Shown piece by piece: positions 27,872-34,781 of a stretch of DNA of 40,006 nt. Numbering within the stretch: the stretch's first letter is position 1; each line of letters begins with the position of its first letter. The notes under the pieces were generated by a model, which made no database searches, was not told the DNA's origin, and saw nothing but the letters and a program-made list of their open reading frames with translations. Position numbers and translations under genes: made by a program. Source of the DNA: Gemmatimonadota bacterium (lineage in GTDB: Bacteria; Gemmatimonadota; Gemmatimonadetes; Gemmatimonadales; GWC2-71-9); assembly GCA_036679605.1 (NCBI GenBank), contig JAZDCZ010000069.1, positions 1 to 40,006 on the forward strand, in the 5' to 3' direction.

Positions 27872-29086
27872 ATGACACTGCCCCGCCTCGTCTCTCACAC
27901 ACTCGGTACCCGCCTTGGCGTGATGCCCGCGGTAGTGGTGACGGGAGCACGCCAGGTGGGCAAGAGCACCCTGGTGCAGGACCTCACGCCGGGCGATCGG
28001 GCCTATTTCTCCCTCGACGACCTCGACGTGGTTGACGCGGCGCAGCGCGACCCCGATGTACTCGTGGGCGGGTCGCGTCCGGTGACGCTGGACGAGGTCC
28101 AGCGCGAGCCTGACCTCTTGCGAGCAGTGAAGCGGGCTATCGACCGAAACCGCAAGCCCGGCATGTTCCTGCTCACCGGTTCGGCGAACTTGGCCCTAAT
28201 GCACAGGGTATCGGAATCGCTGGCGGGTCGGGCGAGCTATCTCACCCTCTGGCCGATGACGCGGCGCGAGCAGCTTGGACTCGGGATCTCGGGACTCTGG
28301 GAGGAGCTGATCCAAACCAGAGATGAGGATTGGCTCGACCTGTTCACCGCCCAGCCCGACCAGCCCGAGGACTGGCGCGCGCTGGCCCGTCGCGGAGGTT
28401 TCCCGACCCCCGCCGTGCATCTGACAACGGCAGCCGACCGCACGGTCTGGTTCGATGGCTACGTGCGTACCTATCTCGAGCGCGATTTGCAGGAACTCTC
28501 GGCGGTGGCAGCACTACCCGACTTCCGCCGCGTGATGCGGGCGGCATGCTTCAGGCTGGGTCAGCTCGTAAACCAAACAGAGATCGGACGCGATATCGCC
28601 CTCCCACAGCCCACCGTGCACCGCTACCTCAACTTGCTTGAGACATCCTATTTGCTCGTGCGGTTGCCCGCCTATGCAGTTAACCGGACCAAGCGGCTCA
28701 TCAAATCGCCCAAGCTATACTGGGGCGACACGGGAGTAGCATTACATCTGTCAGGAGGTGCGAAACCTGAGGGAGCGCATCTCGAGAACCTAGTGCTGCA
28801 CGATCTCCTGGCCTGGCGTGATGCACGGATCGAGAGCGCCGAACTTTCGTACTGGCGCACGACGCTCGGGGAGGAGGTGGATTTCGTAATCGAGACCGGC
28901 GGGCGCCTTCTGCCAATCGAGGTCAAGTCGCGAGGCCGTCCACGCCACGCCGACGCCGGCCATTTACGCGCCTTCCGAAATGAGTACCCTAAGCGGGCGC
29001 GCGCGGGACTGCTGCTGCACACGGGGAAGACGCTCGAGTGGATTGCGCCGGATGTGCTGGCCGTCCCGTGGTGGCGCGTCATGTGA
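27863..29086 (+). CDS. AAA_14 ATPase with DUF4143 / PD-(D/E)XK-like C-terminus
   Basis: GARQVGKS Walker A, LDEVQ Walker B, LTGS, ESLAGR, GGFP, KSPKLY..DTG and EVDFV..IEVK motifs. Confidence 0.93.
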   Translation: MNNMTLPRLVSHTLGTRLGVMPAVVVTGARQVGKSTLVQDLTPGDRAYFSLDDLDVVDAAQRDPDVLVGGSRPVTLDEVQREPDLLRAVKRAIDRNRKPGMFLLTGSANLALMHRVSESLAGRASYLTLWPMTRREQLGLGISGLWEELIQTRDEDWLDLFTAQPDQPEDWRALARRGGFPTPAVHLTTAADRTVWFDGYVRTYLERDLQELSAVAALPDFRRVMRAACFRLGQLVNQTEIGRDIALPQPTVHRYLNLLETSYLLVRLPAYAVNRTKRLIKSPKLYWGDTGVALHLSGGAKPEGAHLENLVLHDLLAWRDARIESAELSYWRTTLGEEVDFVIETGGRLLPIEVKSRGRPRHADAGHLRAFRNEYPKRARAGLLLHTGKTLEWIAPDVLAVPWWRVM

Positions 29087-29134
29087 GGAACGGACTGATC
29101 CGGGTTCGATACAATCAGCCGCGGCAGTGTGTCT

Positions 29135-29892
29135 CTGCCACGGATCCTCGATCGGAGCGCGGATTTCAAGAGATGGGTCTACAGAGGGGGCGACGGCGGG
29201 TGGACTACAGCTTCTCGAACAGGGTAACGACGTCGATCTCTCCCGATGCGCCGTTGGGAAGTTGCCAACAGAGCGTGGAATCGCAGATCTGGGGGCGTCG
29301 GTCCTCGGGTGTCCATCTCTCGATCAGCCGAGCTTCTAGGTCGACGATCCAGTATTCCGCTACCTGGGTCTGTTGGTAGATGCGGCGTTTGGCACCGCGG
29401 TCGCGGTGAGCGGTTGATGGAGATAGTGCTTCGACAACCAGAACGGGTGTGGGTGCCTCGGTCCAGCTCGTGATTCTCGTACCGGGCAATCGCTCTAGCA
29501 CGAAGATGTCGGGTTGCACCAAGGTTTTCTCACCGAGCTGTAAGTCGGCGGGACTCCACAGCACTTCCAGTGTGGGCCATTCTCGCAATTGTCTCGCAAG
29601 CTCGAGGAACAGTCTGCCTAGGGCGTGTTGGTGTGGGTAACTCGGGGCGGGCGTCACGACGTGAGTGCCGTCCAGCAACTCGTGCCGCAAGCCGTCGTCG
29701 GGCAGTGCGAGCAGCTCCTCGATGGTCGTAACGCGATCGTCTGTAGCCGGCATACCCACAATGTGTATCTCCTCGGCCGAGTGGTGCAAGCGAACGAAAG
29801 CCGAGGATACCATGTGGGAGTTGCGGAGTAGTAACCGGATCATTGCAGGCAGGTGCAAAAAAACGATTACAGCTCAAGAATATCATCCGGGG
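29135..29892 (+). mobile_element. Putative cargo-carrying form of the 108-bp element around the Uma2 gene
   Basis: Left end CTGCCACGGATCCTCGATCGGAGCGCGGATTTC at 29135; right end GCTCAAGAATATCATCCGGGG at 29872-29892 (19/21 vs copy B, terminal CAG lost). Confidence 0.55.
29205..29753 (-). CDS. Uma2 family endonuclease
   Basis: HELLDG, P....HQ, VQPDI, LVVEALSPST..D...K...Y and EYWIVD motifs. Confidence 0.92.
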   Translation of the reverse strand: MPATDDRVTTIEELLALPDDGLRHELLDGTHVVTPAPSYPHQHALGRLFLELARQLREWPTLEVLWSPADLQLGEKTLVQPDIFVLERLPGTRITSWTEAPTPVLVVEALSPSTAHRDRGAKRRIYQQTQVAEYWIVDLEARLIERWTPEDRRPQICDSTLCWQLPNGASGEIDVVTLFEKL

Positions 29893-29920
29893 TTTGAGAT
29901 CTCTTGCTATATTGATTCTC

Positions 29921-30285
29921 CACGGGACGTAGCGCAGTCCGGTAGCGCACCTGAATGGGGTTGGACTCCATCGCTCAAGCGGCCCGATTCTCGGACCGCG
30001 TTCGCGATGTCACTCGTGCTCGCCGTCGCTAACGCTCCGGCATCGCATCAGGGGGTCCCGGGTCCCCGCGACCCTTTCGATATTGTGGTATAATTGAGTT
30101 TCACGGGACGTAGCGCAGTCCGGTAGCGCACCTGAATGGGGTTGAGCGATCATCGCTCAGGCGGCCCGATTCTCGGACCGCGTTCGCGATGTCACTCGTG
30201 CTCGCCGTCGCTAACGCTCCGGCATCGCATCAGGGTGTCCCGGTTTCCCCCGCGACCCTTTCGATATTATGGTATAGTTGAGTTT
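29921..30285 (+). repeat. Two tandem 181/184-bp repeats, each with a disrupted 5' part of tRNA-Pro(GGG)
   Basis: CGGGACGTAGCGCAGTCCGGTAGCGCACCTGAATGGGGTT at 29923 and 30104, then an 85-86 nt insert, then the tRNA resumes (TCAGGG.GTCCCGG) and is truncated before the T loop is complete. Confidence 0.92.
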
Positions 30286-30287
30286 CA

Positions 30288-30361
30288 CGGGACGTAGCGC
30301 AGTCCGGTAGCGCACCTGAATGGGGTTCAGGGGGTCCCGGGTTCAAATCCCGGCGTCCCGA
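30288..30361 (+). tRNA. tRNA-Pro(GGG)
   Basis: CGGGACG/CGTCCCG acceptor stem, CCTGA-ATGGGGT-TCAGG anticodon arm, CCGGG-TTCAAAT-CCCGG T arm, A73. CCA is not encoded. Confidence 0.95.
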
Positions 30362-30364
30362 CTA

Positions 30365-30393
30365 CGAAGGAGCGGGTTTCACCCGCTCCTTCG
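30365..30393 (+). terminator. Perfect 13-bp hairpin after tRNA-Pro (no U tract)
   Basis: CGAAGGAGCGGGT-TTC-ACCCGCTCCTTCG. Confidence 0.5.
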
Positions 30394-30451
30394 GGCGTCA
30401 GACCGACGGCCTTGTGTCGTCGCCACTCGCCTCCGGCTCGTGGCATTCCGA

Positions 30452-30484
30452 TCAAATCCCGGCGTCCCGACTACGAAGGAGCGG
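30452..30484 (+). repeat. Duplicate of the tRNA-Pro 3' end and trailer
   Basis: 33-bp exact copy of 30343-30375. Confidence 0.9.
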
Positions 30485-30739
30485 TCCTAGCGGCCGCTCG
30501 TTCTCTTCGGCCCGACGTGCTGGGTCGTCGCCCAGCTGGAAAGCCGGCAAAAGGAAACTGTCCCACTTTAGATGGTCCAGAAATTGGGGGCACCTCACAG
30601 AATCGGGTCAAATGTCCCAAACACGACCTATCATGTCCCAAGAACACCCTATCCCAAACTCTGTCGGCCGTGAATATTGGTCCCGAAGTAGGCAGGGACG
30701 GAGATGCGGAGAATGTCCCTTTAAGGAGAGAGACGATCT

Positions 30740-33440
30740 ATGTCTATAACAACGGTGCGAGTCCCGTCAGATCTGGCCCAACTCATCGTGGAGTCGTCCC
30801 CCGCCGCATACGTGGTGGTAGACGCCGAAGGCAGCATCGTTTTCTGCAACGCTCGAACCGAGAAGTTCTTTGGCTACTCCAGGGAGGAGCTGATCGGACA
30901 GCCGATGGAGATGCTGATCCCCGAGAGACTCCACCATAAGCATCGAGAATATCGGCACGCCTTCACGCTTGCACCGAAAGCGAGGGCAATGGGGGTCGGA
31001 CGCGATCTCTATGCGCTGCGCAAGGACGGCAGCCAGTTCCCGGTCGAGGTTGGACTACATCAGGTGATGATTCAGGGCGCACCACTTATTGTGGCGACAG
31101 TTGTGGACATCAGCGAGCGTCGGCTGGTGCAGGAAGAGTTGAGGGCGTTCACTGACAGTTTGGAACACGAGGTGGTCAAGACCTCGAAGGAGCTGGAGGT
31201 CTTACGGACGAGGGAGGCCGAGTTCGGCAGAATCCTCGAGAGGTCGCTAAACGAGATCTACATCTTCGACGCCGAGACTCTCAAGTTCGTTCACGTGAAC
31301 AAGGGTGCCAGGGAGAACACGGGCTACACAAAGGAGGAACTAGCGAACCTGACGCCGCTCGATCTCAAGCCCAAGTTTACAGCCAGCACGTTAGCGCGGT
31401 TCATCGAACCCCTACGTACCGGTGAGGCGGAGAAACTCCAGTTCACGACCGTTCACCGCCGCAAGGACGGGTCGTTATACCCGGTCGAAGTGCACCTACA
31501 TCTTTCTGCCTTCGAGTCGTCGCCGGCTTTCGTGGCGGTAACTCTGGACATCACCGAGCGCAAGCGAACAGAAGACGAACTGCGGGAGAGCGAGGAGCAG
31601 TTGAAAATGGCGCAGCGCGTGGCAAACATGGGTTTTTGGACCTGGGACATCGCGAAGAATCAGGCGTACCGGTCCGAAGAGCTGTATAGCATTTTTGGCG
31701 TGCGCCGCCAGGATTTCAAACCGACGTACGAGGGGTTCCTGGAGTGGGTTCATCCGGATGACAGGGACTTTGTGAGAGCACAGGTGGATGCGACGGCACG
31801 CGGCGGGAGTCACAGTATGGACTACCGGATCGTGCGGCCCAGCGGCGAGATACGGTACATCCATGAGGACGGGGAGGTGACCGGGTGCGTGAACGACACT
31901 CCAGTGCAGATGCTTGGAACGGTAGTCGACATTACCGAGCGTAAGCGGACGGAGGAGGAATTGAGACGCTCGGAAGCGAACTACCGTGAGCTTTTCGAGC
32001 ATGCCACCTATGGCATCTACCGCTCGAGTCCCGAGGGGCGTTTTCTTGCGGTCAACCCCGCTCTGGTGAAGATGCTCGGCTATGAATCCGAGGATGAGCT
32101 TCTGGGTGTGGAGATGAGTAGTGACCTGTACGCCACTGCCGGGACTCGCTTCGAGCTGATAGAGCGGTTAGGCGCGGCCGAGCGGATCGACGGAGTCGAG
32201 GTGGAATGGAGGTGCAAGGACGGAGGTTTGATCACGGTGCGACTGACAGGGCGACCGGTGCGGAACGAGGCCGGAGATCTGGAATGCTTCGAGATGATCG
32301 TAGACGACGTAACTGAGCAACACAGGCTTGAGGCACGGCTCCGTCAGGCGCAGAAAATGGAGGCTGTCGGCCAGTTGACAGGCGGCATAGCACACGACTT
32401 CAACAATCTCTTGACAGTCATTATGGCCAACCTGGAACTAGCTGCCACAGCTCTGCCCCGCGAGCCAGCGGAGTTGTGGGCCAGTTTCGAGGATGCACAG
32501 AGCGCGGCACAGCGCGGCTCCACTCTGGTAAAGAAGCTGTTGGGTTTTAGTCGGCGCGAGCGATTGAAGCGGCAACCTGTGGATCTTGCGGCCCTAATCG
32601 GTGAGTTGTTGACCATGCTGCGTCGCGTCGTACCCGAGAGTATCGACATTTCCTTCCAGGTTCAGGAATCAGTCGGGAACGTGCTGGCCGACTCTGGCGC
32701 GGTGGAACAGATGGTGCTCAACCTCGTGACGAACGCCCGCGATGCGATGCCGGATGGAGGGGAACTCACGATCGAGGTAAAGCGAAGGCGACTAGACACC
32801 ACCTATGTAGCCGTGCATCCGTGGGTGCGTCCTGGCGAATATATCTCGATCTCGGTTACGGACACGGGTGTGGGAATGGACGAGGCGACAAAAGAACGAG
32901 TGTTCGAACCATTCTTCACGACTAAGGCGGTGGGTACGGGGACAGGGCTCGGGATGGGTCCACGTCTACAGTGAAGTGGGACGCGGTACCCGAGTGAATG
33001 TCCATTTCCCCGCGACGGACGAGGAGGCCAACGAAGCGACCAGGGAACGACGGCAAGAGGAGGTTCACGGCGGCACCGAGACGATCCTTGTGGTGGAAGA
33101 TGAAGTCGCCATTCGGAGCGCTACGAAACGGGTTCTGGAAAGTCAGGGATACCGGGTGCTAATGGCAGCCGACGGCGAAGAGGGACTGCAGGTGTTTCGT
33201 GCGCATGAGGCGGAGATCGAGCTTGTAATCTGCGACCTGGTCATGCCGAAGCTGGGCGGCCGCCAGTTATACGAAACCCTCAAGAGTGAGGGCAAGCGTG
33301 TGAGAGTATTGTTCACCAGCGGCTACGGTGCCAGAGACGCGCAAGTGAGTGCCGAGTTACCACCGGATATGCCGTTCCTTGACAAACCGTGGACCATCAC
33401 CGAACTCCTGGCGCAAGTCCGTCAGGCGCTGGACCAATAG
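30740..33440 (+). pseudogene. Multi-PAS hybrid histidine kinase/receiver, frameshifted by a deletion in the HATPase domain
   Basis: Four PAS-like repeats, AHDFNN H box, NARDAM, DTGVGM and FEPFFTTK.GTGLG; then a new frame with WVHVYSE.GRGT and a receiver domain (VVEDE, CDLVMP, KP). The helix normally found between GLG and the last strands is missing. Confidence 0.88.
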
Positions 33441-33963
33441 TGGATCGGGAGCAGGGCACCGTGAACAGTGTCCTTCCGATTCGCAGTTGCGGGTAGGAGC
33501 AATTACGGCTGAGCCGTCGGACAGCAACCGCGAATTAGCCCGGGGACTACCTGACGAATTCCTGACGCGCAGCGGCGTCCCCGTTGACCGGGTTGCGAAA
33601 CTGGTGAGCACGCATTGGGGATCGTACGATGATCCAGCGCGCGCCGAACTTGCCCAGGCACTGCTGCCGATCCTGGAGGAACTCCTCCAGCCCGGAGCCT
33701 AGGTCACCGACGGGCACCGTGAGCTTTGCGAGAGTGTGGTGACGGTTTGGTTGGAGAGGCAGTGAGGGAGAAGACAACGCGTCTCCCGCTAATGTAACAT
33801 TTCAGTGGCTTGTGACATCGTAGAGAAAGGACCGGACGGTTAGCTGGCCCTGGTGCGACTTTGTTGTTGCTACGGTTTCAAGGCAGCAAGAGGTTGTTTG
33901 CCGCGAATGAACTACGGCAAGATGCCGTTATGACGTGCAGGATATTGTAGTTGGAGAAACGGT

Positions 33964-34031
33964 GCACCGAAATGGGGTTCAGGGGGTCCCGGGTTGACCT
34001 GCGCTTCGCGTCAAATCCCGGCCTCCCGACT
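33964..34031 (+). repeat. att-like duplicate of the tRNA-Pro 3' half with a 16-nt insertion in the T loop
   Basis: AATGGGGTTCAGGGGGTCCCGGGTT-GACCTGCGCTTCGCG-TCAAATCCCGGCCTCCCGACT. Confidence 0.88.
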
Positions 34032-34202
34032 GAGGTAAGTCCAACAACAAAAAGTAGTTATTTCTTGGGCCGTGATGACCATGATCATGACGATGAAGAA
34101 GAAGATGTGCTTAACGCGCTATTCGGGGTCGAGCCCGTGCGGCGCGATGCCTTGCAGCCTCAATCATATCATAATATATTTTGTGATAGCAATTGATATG
34201 GA

Positions 34203-34433
34203 GTGCCTGTGTCTACAGTGCAGATAAGCGCGCGCATCGACTCGCGTCTCAAGAAAGTGCTTGATGAGGTGTGTCGTTCCCGCGGCATCGTCATGAATCA
34301 TTTTGTCCAGGAGGCGCTGCTGGATCGGTTGGAGGAGCTGGAGGATGTAGAAGATTTGAAGGCCATCCGGCACGAGCCGACGAGGCCCCTCTCCGAGGTG
34401 CTGGCTGAGTTGAAGCTCAGTGGCTCGCTATAG
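34203..34433 (+). CDS. Ribbon-helix-helix antitoxin
   Basis: VQISARIDSRLKKVLDEVC..MNHFVQEAL..LEDVEDL; overlaps the toxin start. Confidence 0.82.
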   Translation: MPVSTVQISARIDSRLKKVLDEVCRSRGIVMNHFVQEALLDRLEELEDVEDLKAIRHEPTRPLSEVLAELKLSGSL

Positions 34434-34680
34434 CATCGAGATCAGCCGGACCGCCGAGAAGCAACTCCGCAAACTCCCAGCCGATGCCCGCCGGCGCGTT
34501 GCGCGGTCCATGCTCGCGCTGGGGGAGGAGCCCCATCCGCCGGGCTCTCGCAAACTCGAGGGCTATGACGACGTCTTCCGGATTCGGGTCGGCGTGTACC
34601 GCATCATCTATAGTCTATCCGGTCGGAAACTCGTGATCGTCATTCTCAAGATCGGGCACCGGAAGGACATCTACCGTTGA
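34420..34680 (+). CDS. relE: RelE/ParE family toxin
   Basis: YSIEISRTAEKQL, P.GSRKL, FRIRVGVYRIIY and IGHRKDIY motifs. Confidence 0.92.
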   Translation: MARYSIEISRTAEKQLRKLPADARRRVARSMLALGEEPHPPGSRKLEGYDDVFRIRVGVYRIIYSLSGRKLVIVILKIGHRKDIYR

Positions 34681-34781
34681 ATGGGCAAGTGCATCCTTCG
34701 AGGATGCTGTTTTTGGCCAAGCGAGACCTCGTTAGGGCTCGACTCCTCGCGAAGGCTCCGGTTATGTAGCATCTTAGCCCC

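Larger units (their letters stand above)
27770..29127 (+). mobile_element. Putative cargo-carrying form of the 108-bp element (left end, AAA ATPase gene, right end)
   Basis: Left end CTGCCACGGATCTTTGATC at 27770-27788; right end 29092-29127 matches the last 36 nt of copy A at 28/36. Confidence 0.62.

Noticed and set aside
29963..30229. Inserts as tRNA introns
   Set aside because: The interrupted copies lack the T loop and 3' acceptor strand, so splicing could not give a tRNA; the inserts are also too short for group I introns.
29921..30361. CRISPR array reading of the three 42-bp repeats
   Set aside because: The repeat is tRNA-Pro sequence, the two spacers are about 140 nt and nearly identical to each other, and there are no cas genes.
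33951..34196. 81-aa ORF with a DDHDHDDEEED stretch
   Set aside because: It runs through the tRNA fragment, has no convincing start and matches no family I recognise.
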